From: an uncultured Acidobacteriota bacterium
Lineage (GTDB): Bacteria > Acidobacteriota > Thermoanaerobaculia > UBA5066 > Gp7-AA6
Assembly (NCBI GenBank): GCA_963725095.1
Contig: CAVRXJ010000025.1
Span: forward strand, 407,949 to 471,948
Reading direction: 5' to 3'
Length of the DNA: 64,000 nt
A program made the position numbers and the translations under genes. A model generated the notes under the pieces. That model saw nothing but the letters and a program-made list of their open reading frames with translations. It ran no database searches and was not told where the DNA came from. The stretch's first letter is position 1. Every line of letters begins with the position of its first letter. Of the stretch, positions 1 through 12,240 are shown piece by piece.

Positions 1-597
1 AACCACTCCGCCGGCCGCCGCGTCGCGGCGACTCCGGGCGGCAGCGTGAGCGCCGCGTCCTCCGGAAGAAGGACTTCCCTCGGGCGAAAGAGCGCGAAGA
101 GGTCCGCGATGCGGCCCGTCGGCACTCCCCCCGCCTGAAACGCTCCGGTCGAGAGATCGAGAAAAGCCGCTTCGGCGTCGCGCTCCCCCGGGATCACGAC
201 GGCCAGGAAGGACGGAAGGCCGGGAAGCAGCGAGTCCGGATCGAGCACCGTCCCGGGCGTCACGACCCGCGTGATGTCGCGCCGCACCAGGCCCTTGGCG
301 GCTCGGGCCTCCTCCATCTGGTCGCAGACGGCGACTTTCCGGCCGGCGGCCACGAGCCGCGCGATGTGATGATCGGCGCTGTGGTACGGCACGCCGCACA
401 TCGGGGCCTCGATGTCGGAATCCTTGTGGCGCGAGGTCAGCGCGATTCCCAGCAGCGGCGCCGCTTCCCGGGCGTCGTCGAAGAACATCTCGTAGAAGTC
501 GCCCATGCGGTAGAAAAGGATCGCGTCGGGCACGCGGCTCTTCATCTCGAAGTACTGCCGGAGCATCGGAGTGGCTCGGGGAGGTAAGGAGCTCACG
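1..597 (-). CDS. mutS: DNA mismatch repair protein MutS, N-terminal part (gene continues past window start)
   Basis: Absent from the ORF track because it runs off the edge. Manual minus-strand translation from GTG at 597 gives VSSLPPRATPMLRQYFEMKSRVPDAILFYRMGDFYEMFFDDAREAAPLLGIALTSRHKDSDIEAPMCGVPYHSADHHIARLVAAGRKVAVCDQMEE. This is the canonical MutS mismatch-binding domain. ORF 366..587(+) is its antisense shadow. Confidence 0.9.
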
Positions 598-627
598 CGT
601 CTGCTAGCATAAAACAGGAGAAACGTC

Positions 628-1279
628 GTGGCGGACCAGGCGAACGTGCTCGCGATCGATACGGCGAGCCCAGATCCCGCGGTGGCGCTGCTGGCTGGCG
701 GAAAAGTGTTCGAGGAGGCTCTTCCCGCGGACCGAAGGGCCTCCGAGAACCTCCTGCCGGCGTTGCGCCGATGCCTGGAACGCGCGGGAATTTCGCTCGA
801 ACGCGTGTCCCGCCTGGCCCTCTGCGCGGGCCCCGGCTCCTTCACCGGCCTCCGCGTCGGACTCGCGACCGCCTGGGGCCTTTCCCGGGCGGGCGTCGCT
901 GCCGGTCGAGACGGTGTCGACGCTGGAAGCGATGGCCGAGGCCTGGCGGGCGCCGGGGAAGACGACCGTTTGGACGGCGCTCGACGCGGGACGGGGCGAG
1001 GTCGTTTTTCAGCAGTTCGACCTCGAAGGTCTGCGGGCAGCGCCCCGAGGTCTCCCCGGTCGCGGGACCGTCGGGGAGGCCGCGCGCGCCGCGGGCGCGA
1101 GCGACACCGTGGCGCTGCCGAGCACCCTGCTTCGGCCCGATGGACCGCGGCTGCCGCGGTCCCCGGCTCAAGGGCTCGCGCTCGCCGCGGCGCGCTCGCC
1201 GCGGCCGCCCGCGGCCGGCCCGTCCCCGGCGATCTACTCGCGTCCGAGCGCCGCGGAGGAGAAGCATGGCGCTGCGTAG
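628..1279 (+). CDS. tsaB: tRNA N6-threonylcarbamoyladenosine biosynthesis protein TsaB (YeaZ-like); frame broken near ~900
   Basis: ORF 628.. starts MADQANVLAIDTASPDPAVALLAGG...LCAGPGSFTGLRVGLATAWGL. The continuation VSTLEAMAEAW... lies in ORF 914..1279, which is a different frame. Confidence 0.8.
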
Positions 1280-1775
1280 GCCGGAGGCGGCCGAATACCG
1301 CCTTCTGCAGGCCGAACCGCGCCACCTGGATGAGATCGCCCGGATCGAAGCGGAGTCGTTCCGCGTGCCCTGGAAGCGGGAATTCTTCGAGAGCGAGCTG
1401 TCGGAGTCGTTTCGCTATGCGCGGGTCCTCGCCCGGCAGGAAGGACCGCCGCCTCTGGTGGGCGGCTACCTTTTCGCGATCTCCCTGTACGACGAGTTTC
1501 ACATCAACAAGATCGCTACGGACGCGAGGCTCCGGCAACTCGGCTACGGCCGGATGCTCCTCGAGGACGCGCTCGCCCGAGCCCGGGGGGTGCGGGCGGC
1601 GGCGGTCACCCTCGAAGTCCGCGTCTCCAACGCGCCGGCCCGGGAGTTCTACCGATCCTATGGCTTTCGGGAGGCCTACCGCCGCCGGGGCTACTACCAG
1701 GACGGCGAAGACGCCTTCGCCATGGTTCTGCCGCTCGACGCCCCGACGGTTGAAACCGACTTCTTCCGCCGTTAG
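1266..1775 (+). CDS. rimI: ribosomal-protein-alanine N-acetyltransferase (GNAT family)
   Basis: This is the tail of ORF 771..1775 from ATG 1266: MALRRPEAAEYRLLQAEPRHLDEIARIEAESFRVPWKREFFESEL...ATDARLRQLGYGRMLLEDAL...EVRVSNAPAREFYRSYGF. It overlaps the tsaB end, matching the classical tsaB-rimI pairing. Confidence 0.8.
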   Translation: MALRRPEAAEYRLLQAEPRHLDEIARIEAESFRVPWKREFFESELSESFRYARVLARQEGPPPLVGGYLFAISLYDEFHINKIATDARLRQLGYGRMLLEDALARARGVRAAAVTLEVRVSNAPAREFYRSYGFREAYRRRGYYQDGEDAFAMVLPLDAPTVETDFFRR

Positions 1776-1843
1776 ACTCCGGCTGTGACCCGTCCGTCCC
1801 CTCCCCGACCCCATCCCACGAAAAACAAAAGGAGGATCGAGCG

Positions 1844-2065
1844 ATGAGCCAGACTCATTCGGAGGACCTCACCGACAGGGATCCGGAATACCGCCGTCTC
1901 CTCGAAGAGCACCGTGACCACGAACAGCGGCTGCAGGCCCTCGCGGGCAAGCCCCGCCTTTCGGAAGACGAGGAGATCGAGGAGAAGCGGCTGAAGAAGG
2001 AAAAGCTCGCCCTGAAGGACCGCATGGAAGCCATCGCCCGAGGACACGGCGGGGTCACGCACTGA
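1844..2065 (+). CDS. DUF465 (YdcH-like) small coiled-coil protein
   Basis: Intact 73-aa ORF with AAGGAGGA 7 nt upstream of the ATG. The pattern EYRRLLEEHRDHEQRLQAL...EEKRLKKEKLALKDRM is typical of DUF465. Confidence 0.75.
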   Translation: MSQTHSEDLTDRDPEYRRLLEEHRDHEQRLQALAGKPRLSEDEEIEEKRLKKEKLALKDRMEAIARGHGGVTH

Positions 2066-2689
2066 AGATTCCCATCGCGCGGGAGGGCTGGCCCTTTCTC
2101 GGCAGCGGCAGCGGCCGCCGCGATCGCCGCCGAGTTGCTGGGCCAGCTTCCTCTGGCTGCGTTCTGCTTTCTCGCGCTGCTGTTTCTGCTCCAGTTCTTT
2201 CGGGACCCCGAGCGGTCGCCGGAGGGAGGGGACGAGACGATCATCTCGCCGGCCGACGGCACCGTTCTCTCCATCGAGCCCGCGCCGGAGGCTCCGCCGG
2301 GAGCCGCCCGCCGGATTTCGATCTTCATGTCGGTGTTCAACTGCCACGTCAACCGATCTCCCATCACGGGGCGCCTGACGCACTACGCCTACAGCCCCGG
2401 CAAGAAGATGGCCGCATTCGACGAGAAGGCGTCGACGGAGAACGAGCAGAACCGCATCACCGTGGCCGGTCCTCGCGGTTCCGTCACCTTCAAGCAGATC
2501 GCCGGCGCCCTGGCGAGGCGGATCGTCTTCTATCCCGCTCCCGGGGCGGATCTGACGCGGTCGCAGCGCGTCGGCCTGATCAAGTTCGGGTCGCGCGTCG
2601 ACCTCTTCGTCCCCGACACCTGCGACGTCCTCGTTCGAAAGGGCGACAAGGTGAGCGCGGGAAAGACCGGCCTCGCGCGTTGGAAGTGA
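2062..2689 (+). CDS. psd: phosphatidylserine decarboxylase family protein (short form); frame broken near ~2100, start uncertain
   Basis: ORF 2135..2689 contains DGTVLSIE...VFNCHVNRSPITG...LIKFGSRVDLFVP, a pyruvoyl-forming GS motif. The conserved N-terminus KIPIAREGWPFL is read from ~2062 in another frame. Confidence 0.8.
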
Positions 2690-2696
2690 GCGGGGC

Positions 2697-3441
2697 GTGA
2701 AGCTCTCTCCCCGCGAACGGCTGTCCCGGGGCGTCTTCATCCTGCCGACGCTCTTCACCGTCGGCAACCTCTTCTGCGGGTACCTCTCCATCTGGGCCTC
2801 GATCCGCGGCACCTTCGAGAGCGCGGCGGCCCTCGTGATCGTCGCGGCCGTGCTCGACGCGCTCGACGGACGCATCGCGCGGCTGACCAATTCGACGTCG
2901 GAATTCGGCGAAGAGTACGACTCCCTGGCGGACCTGGTGTCCTTCGGCGTGGCGCCCGCCGTGCTGGCCTATTCCTGGGGCCTTGCCGACTTCAGCCGCC
3001 TCGGCTGGATGGCCTCGTTTCTCTTCGTCGTCTGCGGCTCGATGCGCCTGGCGCGCTTCAACATCCAGACCAAGGTCACCGACAAGCGCTACTTCGTCGG
3101 TCTTCCGATACCCGGCGGGCGCCGCGACGATCGTGACGCTGGTGCTGGCCACGCCCGACAAGCTCGTCGACCGGGGCTGGATGACCGGGCTGCTCGCCCT
3201 GACGATCATCGTCTCCTACCTGATGATCTCGACGATCCGGTACCGCTCGTTCAAGGACCTCGACCTGCGGCGCCGCCGGCCCGCCTGGATCCTTCCGGTG
3301 ATCGCGGCGATCTTCGTCGTGATCGGATTCGAGCCCCGGATCTCCCTTCTGGCGATCGCGCTGGCCTTTGCGGCGTCCGGCCCCGTGGCCAAGCTCGCAT
3401 CGCTCCTGCGCCGCAGACCGGCGGAGGGAGCGCCTCCCTAG
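2697..3441 (+). CDS. pssA: CDP-diacylglycerol--serine O-phosphatidyltransferase; frame broken near ~3115
   Basis: It carries the CDP-alcohol phosphotransferase motif DALDGRIARLTNSTSEFGEEYDSLADLV in ORF 2697... The C-terminal TM half (TIVTLVLATPDKL...IRYRSFKDL...) lies in ORF 2983..3441. Confidence 0.85.
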
Positions 3442-3456
3442 GCTCCGGCCCTCCGC

Positions 3457-4944
3457 TCAGCGGCGCTTCGGCCTGGGTCTGACCTTCGCCTTGGGAGACG
3501 GCGTCGGCGTGGGCGGAACCGGGGGCTCGCTCCAGTCGCCGACCACCTCCGTGCCCGACGCCGACAAGCGTGTGTTGCCGGTAGCGGCAGCAGCCGGCGG
3601 CGGGCCGGCCGTACAGGAGGATGGCCGCCTCTTCGATCTTCTCCTGCGGCCCGACCAGGATCTCGTGAAAGCGGACCCGCGTGGCGCGGCCGGGCGTGAC
3701 CGGGCGGCCCTCGGCGTCGAAGACCTCGTAGCGGTCGAATCCGCCCGAGCTGCACATCCCGGATGTGCCCGGAGGGGACATCCACGTCGACCCAGTTGAC
3801 CGTGCGCGAAACGACGGATGCATGGGAGGAGCGATTCTCGGCCGCGATCCGCAGGCCGGAGGCATCCGTGGTGACGGCGACGCGCAGATCCGGGAGGAGG
3901 GGCCGCCCGAGGAGGATGTCCGACAGCCCCGTGAGCGTGAGGACGCGCTCGGATTCCGAGGTCCCGTCGAGCACGATCAGGCGGCCCCGCACCAGACGCC
4001 TGCCGGCCAGGTCGGATCCAAACCGATAGAGAAGGTCCGAAACGAGCGGCTGCTCGAAGTTGATCTGGTCGCCGGGAGAGAACGAGAGCCCGCCGATCTC
4101 GACGGGAGCGGTGGGTCGGAAGACGAATCCCTCCGTTCCCTCGGCCTGCAGGGCGAGGTCGTGCCCAAGGGAAACGCGGGTGTCGTCCGTCAGCGCCAGC
4201 AGGTACTTCTCCCTGAGCGTGCCCCGCGCCGTTCCGGCGGCATCGGACCAGGTGCCGCGGGCTGCCGGAACGTACCCCGCCCACCACGGCTTTCCGAGCC
4301 CGTCGGCCGCGATGGCGTCGGTATGGGCGCCGTCTCCGAAGACGAATGCCACGTACCCGTCGACCGGCTCCAGGCTCTTCTCGAACGTCTTCCCGCTCCT
4401 TTTCCGCGGGGGAAAAGCGCAGGGAGCACGTCAGGAACAGGTCCGCCGGAAGCCTGGACCGCAGCTTCGCCGCGAGGGCGCCGAAGCTCTCGACGGTCGT
4501 CTGAGAGAACGGCAGGTCCAGATGAACGCCCTCGACCCTGCCCAGCGCCGACCGGCGCTCCAGCAGGCGCTTGAGAGCGTCCCCGATCGCCGCGGATGGC
4601 GCCTCCTCGGCCCCGGGCAGCAGGGCTGCCGCGAAATCGGGGTCGCCTTCCACGACGAGCACGACCGGCAGCGCTGGTCATGGGCGCGGCCGGCAGAGGA
4701 AGCTCGGCGGCCGCCCAGGCCCCCGGCACGCGGTTGAGCCGAAGGGCGGGAAGAAACACGTGCGCGAGGCCGCCGCGGCCCAAGACCTCCGTCGACCGAC
4801 GACGTGTCCGGCCCGATCCCGTCCGCGAACCAGACGGCATCGCCCGCAGGGATCGGCCTGCGCCGCCGCGGCTTTCTCGCGGCGGCAGGCCGCGGCGAGG
4901 AGCAGCGCCGCGAGGATCGCGAGCCGTCGCCGGCGGCCCGTCAT
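3457..4944 (-). CDS. hypothetical lipoprotein (multiple frame breaks)
   Basis: The N-terminus [20 protein letters not shown] is lipobox-like (ORF 4678..4944). The body is spread over ORFs 3457..4662, 3438..4352 and 3251..3865, for example DLPFSQTTVESFGALAAKLRSRL and AFVFGDGAHTDAIAADGLGKPWWAGY. I recognise no family. The start overlaps the kinase stop (ATGA). Confidence 0.5.
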
Positions 4945-7900
4945 CGCTGCTGCACCCCCGGCTTCCGTCGCCCTCCGAAAGAGGAAGATCGAACGTCACG
5001 CGAAACCCTCCCTCCCGACGATTCTCCGCCGAAATCGTCCCGCCGTGCTCTTCGATAATCTTCTTGACGATGGCGAGGCCGAGACCCGTGCCGCCGCTGC
5101 GCGCCGAAAAATACGGCTCGAAGAGCCGGGGAAGGATCTCCGGAGGCACTCCCGGTCCGTCGTCTTCGATCGTCGCCTGGACGCGAGCCCCCTCCCGGCC
5201 GACGCGCAGCGCGATTCGCCCGCCGCCCGGTCCCAGCGCTTCGACGGCGTTTCCGATCAGGTTCGAGAAGACGCGCGCGATCAGGCGCGGGTCCGCTTCC
5301 GTGCGCACGCCCGGCCGGCGCGTCGACGCTCCACCGGATCTCCGGCGCGCCCGCGAAGGCCGCAGCGGATTCCCGAAGGAGCCTGGAGAGGTCCACGACG
5401 CGCTTCTCGGTCCCGGGCAAACGCGAGTAGTCGGAGAACTCCGCCGCCGACCGCCGCAACTCTTCGGTCTGGCGCAGGACGTTGGCGACGCAATCCTCGA
5501 GCACCCGCTCGAAGTCGGGTGATCCCCGACGCCAGACCTCCCGAAGGTGCTCGACGGAGAGGCGGATCGGCGTCAGCGGGTTCTTGATCTCGTGCGCGAT
5601 GATGCGCGCCATTTCGGCCCAGGCCGCCAGACGGTTGGACCGTACGACGTCCGAGACGTCCTCGATCACCGCCATCCGGTCCCCTTCGGCGGCCAGGGGC
5701 AGAGGCACCGAGACGATCCGCCAGCGCTCTCCGGGGCGCGGCTCGACTTCGGCGGTGATCGGACGCTCGGGCGACTCCCGGAGGACCGCTCGCACGGCGC
5801 GCATCGGCGTCGCCCGGGAACAGGGCCTCCACCGTCGGCGCGTGGCTGTCGCCGCCTCCGAGCGCCACCGCCGCGGGGTTGGCCAGGAGGACCCGGCCGC
5901 CTTCGCCGAGCGCCACGACGCCGGCCGTGAGGTTGGAGAGCAGGGTCGCCAGGCGCTCCTTTTCGCGCGAGACGGCCTCGGTCTGGGTCTTGAGGCTGCG
6001 CGACATCGACAGGAAGGCGTGCACCAGCTCCTTCAGCTCCTCGTCGGGAGGCTCGGCCAGCCGTGGGGAGAAGTCGCCCGCGGCCACGGCGCGCGTGCCC
6101 TCGACGAGGTCGGCCACGGGGCGAGCGACGCGGACGGCCAGACGTCCCGCGACGGCCGCCGAGAGGAGAAAGACGAGGACGCTGAAGGACCAGACGGCGG
6201 CGGTCAGCTGGGCCGCCTCGGCGGCGGCCACCTCCTGCTGCGGCAGAAGCAGCAGCGACAGGAGGCCCGGGCTGGTCAGCCCGGGCACTCCCGGAACCGC
6301 CGAGAGCGCCGTCGTCACCTCCTCGAACAGGCTTCCGGCCACGCGCCGCGATCCCTCCTGCTGCCGCGCTCCCGACAGCCCGACCGAGACGTAGACCGAC
6401 GCCGGCGCGCGGTCGGGCACGAGGCCCGCGGCGTAGAGGTCGCGGCGCGACGTCGCCACGAGCCCGCCTTCGGGCCCGTACACCGAGAGGTCGTAACCCA
6501 CCGCGTTGGCGAGCCACGCGATCAGCGTGTCGTCGAGCAGGCCGAGGCGGCCTCTGCCGGCGCCCGCCGACGGCAGGTAATCGTCGAGCACGCGCCGGGC
6601 CGTCGAGAGGGCGGTGCGCGCGTGGTCCACGGTCTCCCGCTGCGAACGCGTCTCGATCTGCGCGCGCAGGAAGAAGGTCACGGCGAAGAGCGGCACGAGG
6701 ACACCGAGGACGAAGAGCGCGATCAGACGCCCGCGAAACGTTCGGGCCCACCCCGGCAGGAGCCCCCGGCGGGGCCTGTGGGCAATCGGGCGGGCGAGCA
6801 GCAGGGCGGTGCCGGCGAAGTACACGAGCACGATGCCCGGGATGAGCAGCGCGGCTGTCAGGAGGCGGCCGAAGAAGTCCGGCAGCGGCAGGGCGACCAG
6901 GCGGTACCCGTCGCTTCCGGGCCGGAGCTCGCCGCAGAGGTTCTCGCCGCGAAAGGAAAATCGGGCGCGCACCGGCTGATCCGTTCGACGCAGACGTCCG
7001 AGGAGCGCTCCGGACAGCGGCGGGCCTTCGTCCCGCGGCTCTCCGTCCAGTCCGTAGCGCGCGAGGATCGGCCGCGCGGCGGCGCGGCGGAGGCGCCCGT
7101 TTCGTCGAGCGCTCCGAGCACCAGCCGGCGGTAGACGCCGATGCGCGGCGGCAGCGGGTCCCAGCTCGGCCAGTCCGCCACGTCGACGCGCACGAACCCC
7201 CAGACGCCGCCCCCGGACCACAGAGGCACCCGCCGCCGCACGATGGCCAGCCGGAAGCGGTCGATCCGAACCTCGTCGGCCTGCGCCTCCGCGGAATTCT
7301 CGGCTTCTGGAATCAGGGAGAAGCGGCTTCGGGAGCGGCCGCCGGAATCGAAGACTTCGTAGGAGATCAGCGCCTGCCCTTCCGGGCCGTGCGAGCCGTC
7401 CCTCCAGATCCGGTAGGCGAGGTCCGAGAGGTCGGTTTCCTCGGGAGGCGCCGGAAGATCCCGGCGCAGGTCGAACTGCGCGATGCGGGTCGCCGCCCTC
7501 TGGGCCGCGGCGACCGCGCCCGTCGACGGGCGCTGCGGGTTGGGAAGCCGGATGGCGGCGGCGACGCGGAACGCCTCGGTGACCCGCGCGAACTCCCGCA
7601 CGGGAGAGACGATCAGCACCAGGAGCAATGCCGCACCCGCCAGCAGGCGCGGGAGGACGAACGGCTCTTCGCCGCGGGGCCCCACCGCCCGTGCCCACAA
7701 CTCGAAGCCGACGATCGCCAGGAGAAAGACCGCCGCGGGCATCGCCGGGCTCGGTGAAACCAGGGCCAGGCTGATCAGGATGGCCAGCGTCGTGAAGACG
7801 ACCGCGGCAGTGAGCCAGCGCTGGGCGTCTCGCGGAGGCCGCGTCCCGGCCGCGCGGAACGCGAGCGCCGAAACCACGAGGGCGATCAATCCCGCAAGGT

Positions 7901-8881
7901 CACAGAGCGTGCTCCAGCCCCGCTGGCCGAGGGCGTTGAGCTCCGGGGGGTCGATCCTCGCCGCCGCGAGGATCGAAACGATCAGGAGGCCGTAGCCGAT
8001 GGCCGTCCGCGCGGGCGCCATCGCGCCTCCCGCGGCGCGACGCAGCCCCGCGATCGCCATCGGGGCCGTCGCGACTCCGATCGCCAGGGGCCAGACGGTC
8101 GGAGAGCCGAGAGAACGTGGAGCCTCGCTCGCCGACACGACGAGGACGAGGTAAAGGAAGGCCAGGAGGATCGAGGCTCCAGCGGAGCTCCGGGAGCGGA
8201 CGAAGGCGACGGCCGCCAGAAGCACCGCCGCCAGCGCGATTTGGCGCGAAGCCTGAATGGGCGCGATCGCGTCCCCCGCCAGAGCGCCGACAAACGCGTC
8301 TCCGTCGCGGAACAACTCCGGGGCGTCCAATCGCCCGACGGGCCTCCAGGCCCCTGCCGGCCCGCCGACTCCGATCGCCGCTCCGAAGTCCGGCGCCCGA
8401 GCGGGAAAGACCCGGGCCGCCGAGACCACCCCCGCCTGCGCCCCCTGGCCGACGGATCGCCGGTAGACGAGGGAGATCGTCGTCGCGGACCAGACCGCGG
8501 AGAATCCGTCTCCGGCCAGCAGTCTGGGAACCGGGGAGGGGGCCTCGCCCCACCAGGCATGGACGTTGCCGCCGCGGATCCGTCAGGGCGATCCAGCAGC
8601 CTGAAGGGGCGCCGTCGAGCGCCCGGCGCGCGGCCGCGAAGAGGGCGGGCCGGTCCACGACGACGCCGCCCCCCTGGAGCGAACGCGAGACCTCGGGCCG
8701 TATGGAAAACGCCGCCGCCCGGGCCGACAGGTCCCGCGCCGCGCGCGCGAACGCCTCGGAGAGTTCCGGCGGCACGCGACCCGCCCGGTCTCGGGGGCCG
8801 CGGAACGGCGAACCAGCCGTCCAACCACAGGAGGAAGAGGAGGCCGAGCAGCGCCGCGGCGGCTCGCCTGAACCGGTTCAC
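4941..8881 (-). CDS. NtrY-like sensor histidine kinase, ~1300 aa (multi-TM N-terminal region, HAMP, PAS, HisKA, HATPase); at least 6 frame breaks
   Basis: H-box [18 protein letters not shown] is in ORF 4941..5804. The ATPase boxes NLIGNAVEA...DDGPGV...[19 protein letters not shown] are in ORF 4190..5308. HAMP/PAS and TM segments are in ORFs 5281..7698, 6858..8429 and 7900..8775. The putative GTG start at 8881 gives [19 protein letters not shown]. Confidence 0.8.
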
Positions 8882-8912
8882 CCGCGGCGCGCGCTCATCG
8901 GCCGGCCGGCCC

Positions 8913-10585
8913 TCACCGCAGGAACGGCAGGTCCACCCCGCGTTCCCGCGCGGCGGCGATCGCCTCCGGGTAGCCGGCGTCCGCGTGGCGCATGACTCCC
9001 GTTCCCGGATCCGCTCGGAGCACCCGGTGCGAGGCGCCGGTCGGCCTCCGGCGGTGCCGTCCGCCACGAGCGACCATGCCCGCGTGGATCGAATACCCGA
9101 TGCCCACGCCGCCGCCGTGGTGCACCGAGACCCACGTGGCTCCGCACGCGGTGTTCAGGAGCGCGTTCAAGATGGGCCAGTCCGCGATCGCGTCGGATCC
9201 GTCCCGCATGCCCTCGGTCTCCCGGTTGGGCGAGGCCACGGACCCGGCGTCCAGATGGTCGCGGCCGATGACGATCGGCGCGCGGACCTTGCCCTCGCGC
9301 ACCATGCGGTTGAACAGGAGCCCGGCGCGGTCGCGCTCTCCATAGCCGAGCCAGCAGATCCGGGCCGGCAGCCCCTGGAAGGCGACACGGTCCTGCGCGA
9401 GGGTCAGCCAGCGCGACGAGCTGCCGGTTCTCGGGAAAGAGCTCCATGAGCGCCCGGTCCGTCGCGCGGATGTCCTCGGGATCGCCGGAGAGCGCGGCCC
9501 AGCGAAACGGACCCTTCCCTTCGCAGAACAGAGGGCGGATGTAGAGGGGCACGAATCCGCCGATCTTGAAGGCGTCGTCCACGCCCCCCTTCAGGGCCTG
9601 GCCGCGCAGGTTGTTGCCGTAGTCGAACACGACCGCGCCGCGGCGCTGCAGCTCGAGAAGCGCGCGGACGTGCGCCGCCATGGTGGCGTAGGAGCGCTTG
9701 ACGTACGTCTCGGGATCCCGGCGGCGCAGCAGCGCGAGGTCCTCGTCGGGCGCGCCGCGCGGCACGTAGCCGGCCAGTTCGTCGTGGGCCGAGGTCTGGT
9801 CGGTGATCAGATCGGGCAGGATGTCGCGGGCGATGAGCCGCTCGAGCAGGTCCACGGCGTTCACGCGCACGCCGATCGAAACGGCCCGGCGGGCGTCGCG
9901 CGCTTCGAGGGCCTGGTCGATCGCCCGGTCGAGCCCGTCCTCCCGGCGGTCGAGGTAGCGGGTCTGGATCCGGCGGTCGATCCGCTCGGGATCGACCTCG
10001 GCGATCAGGGCGGTCGCGCCGTTCATCGTCGCGGCGAGCGGCTGGGCGCCCCCCATTCCCCCGAGCCCCGCGGTCACGACGAGCCGCCCCTCGAGATGAT
10101 CCTGGCCGAACTCCCGCTGCGCCGCCGCGGCGAAAGTCTCGAAGGTCCCCTGCACGATTCCCTGCGTCCCGATGTAGATCCACGAACCGGCGGTCATCTG
10201 CCCGAACATCGTCAGGCCCATCGCCTCCAGCCGGCGGAACTCCTGGCCCGTCGCCCACGCGGGCACCAGCAGCGAGTTCCCGATCAGGACCCGCGGAGCG
10301 TCGGCGTGCGTCGGGAAGACGCCCACGGGCTTGCCGGACTGAACCAGGAGGGTCTCGTCCCCGCGCAGGCGCTTCAGCGTCGCGACGATCGCGTCGAAAC
10401 ACTCCCAGTTGCGCGCGGCCTTGCCCGTACCCCCGTAAACGATCAGCTCTTCGGGCTTTTCGGCCACGTCCGGATCGAGATTGTTCTCGAGCATCCGGAG
10501 GGCGGCCTCCTGCGGCCAACCCAGGCACCGCAACTCGGTCCCGCGCGCGGCGCGCACGGAGCGCGTTGCCGAAGACGGTCGTCAC
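8913..10585 (-). CDS. hutU: urocanate hydratase; frame breaks near ~9060, ~9400 and ~10555
   Basis: ORF 8878..10557 contains [17 protein letters not shown]...[19 protein letters not shown]...[11 protein letters not shown] 8913..9305 contains [36 protein letters not shown]...[18 protein letters not shown] and the C-terminal [16 protein letters not shown]. Confidence 0.9.
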
Positions 10586-10625
10586 GCGCAGAGTATAGCC
10601 GGGTCGATCGGCGCTTCGCAGCGCG

Positions 10626-12144
10626 CTAGACGAGGCCGCCCACCGCGTCGGCGAACGTCGCGCCCGACAGAAACTGGCGCGCTGCCTCCAGGTCGGGCGC
10701 GAGGCGGCGGTCCTCTTTCCAGGCCGGCACCACGCGACGGAACGCGCGGCGCACGCGCTCCAGCGGCTCCGAGGAACGGAGCGGGCGCAGGAACTCCATC
10801 GCCTGGAATGCCGCCAGAAGTTCGATCGACAGGACCCACTCGAGGTTTCCGACGATCATCGCGAGTTTGCGGGCCGCGATCGGCGACATCGAGACGTGGT
10901 CCTCTTTGTCGGCCGAAGTCGGGATCGAATCGACGGAGGCGGGGTGCGCGAGCGCCTTGCATTCCGAAACGAGCGCGGCGGCCGTGACCTGGGCCATCAT
11001 CAGACCCGAGTTGAGGCCGCCCTTTTCGACGAGGAAGGCCGGAAGCTCCGAGGCGGCCGGGTTCATCAGCTTTTCGATCCGGCGCTCGGAGATCGAGGCC
11101 AGGTCCGTGGCCGCGATCGCGGCGTAGTCGAGCACGAGGCCGACCGGGGCGCCGTGGAAATTCCCTCCCGAAACGATGTCGCCCCGGTTGGGGAAGACGA
11201 GCGGGTTGTCGGTGGCGCTGTTCATCTCGCGCTCGAGGACCTCTCGCCCGTGCGCGAAGGCGTCGCGGGCGGCTCCGTGTACCTGTGGCATGCACCGCAG
11301 CGCGTAGTTGTCCTGCACCCGGCCGCAGCCCCGGTGCGACTCGCGAATGGCGCTTCCCGCGAGCAGCTGCCGCAGGTTTCGCGCCGAGGCGAGCGCCCCC
11401 GGATGCGGCCGCGCCTCGACGACGCGCCGGTCGAAGGCGGCGTCCGAGCCGCGGGAGGCGTCGAGGGTCGCCGCGCCGCAGAGATCGGCGGCGGCGGCGA
11501 GGAAGATCGCGCGCTCGAGGGCGAGCCCGCCGACCGCCACGCTCATCTGCACCCCGTTGATCAGCGCGAGCCCCTCCTTCGCTCCGAGAACGACCGGGCG
11601 CAGGCGTGCGGCCGCGAGCGCGCGGCGAGCCGGCAGGCGGCGGCCGCGGTGCCGAACCTCCCCTTCTCCCATGAGGGCGAGGGCAAGGTGGGCGAGCGGC
11701 GCCAGGTCCCCCGATGCTCCGACGCTTCCCTGCTGCGGAACGATCGGAAGCAGGTCCGCGGCGAGCATGGAGAGCAGCGTCTCGACGGTCGCCACGCGAA
11801 CGCCGGAGAAGCCCCGGGCCAGGGCGTTGGCGCGGAGGACCATCATCGCCCTCACGGCGCGGTCGGGAAGGGGCTCTCCGACGCCCGCCGTGTGGCTGCG
11901 GATCAGGTTTCGCTGCAGGAGCTCGATCTCTTCGGTCGAGATCGCGACGTCCGCGAACTTTCCAAATCCCGTCGTGAGGCCATAGACCCGTTCGTGGCGG
12001 CGCACGGCCCGTTCGACCACCCGCCGCGAGGCGGCGATCGCTCGCCTCGCGACCGGCGCGAACGTCGGGCGCGCCCGCCGGTCCGCCACGGCGGACAGAT
12101 CGCGAGAGTCGCAGATCCCGCCCCGTCAGCCGCAGTGTTTGCAT
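10626..12144 (-). CDS. hutH: histidine ammonia-lyase; frame break near ~12095
   Basis: ORF 10626..12089 contains the MIO-forming GSVGASGDLAPLAHLAL, plus NGVQMS and QDNYALRCMPQVHG. The N-terminus MQTLRLTG from ATG 12144 is in another frame. Confidence 0.9.
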
Positions 12145-12240
12145 CGGCGGATTCTAGCCCGCATTTCCGGCGCGCCCCGGCTGAAAGACCGTCCGTAATC
12201 TGTTACGCTGCGGCGTTTTTTTGAGGAGCGAGAAACAGCG

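Noticed and set aside
366-587. The 73-aa plus-strand ORF at the window start.
   Set aside because: It lies entirely antisense to the strongly conserved MutS N-terminal domain and has no family resemblance.
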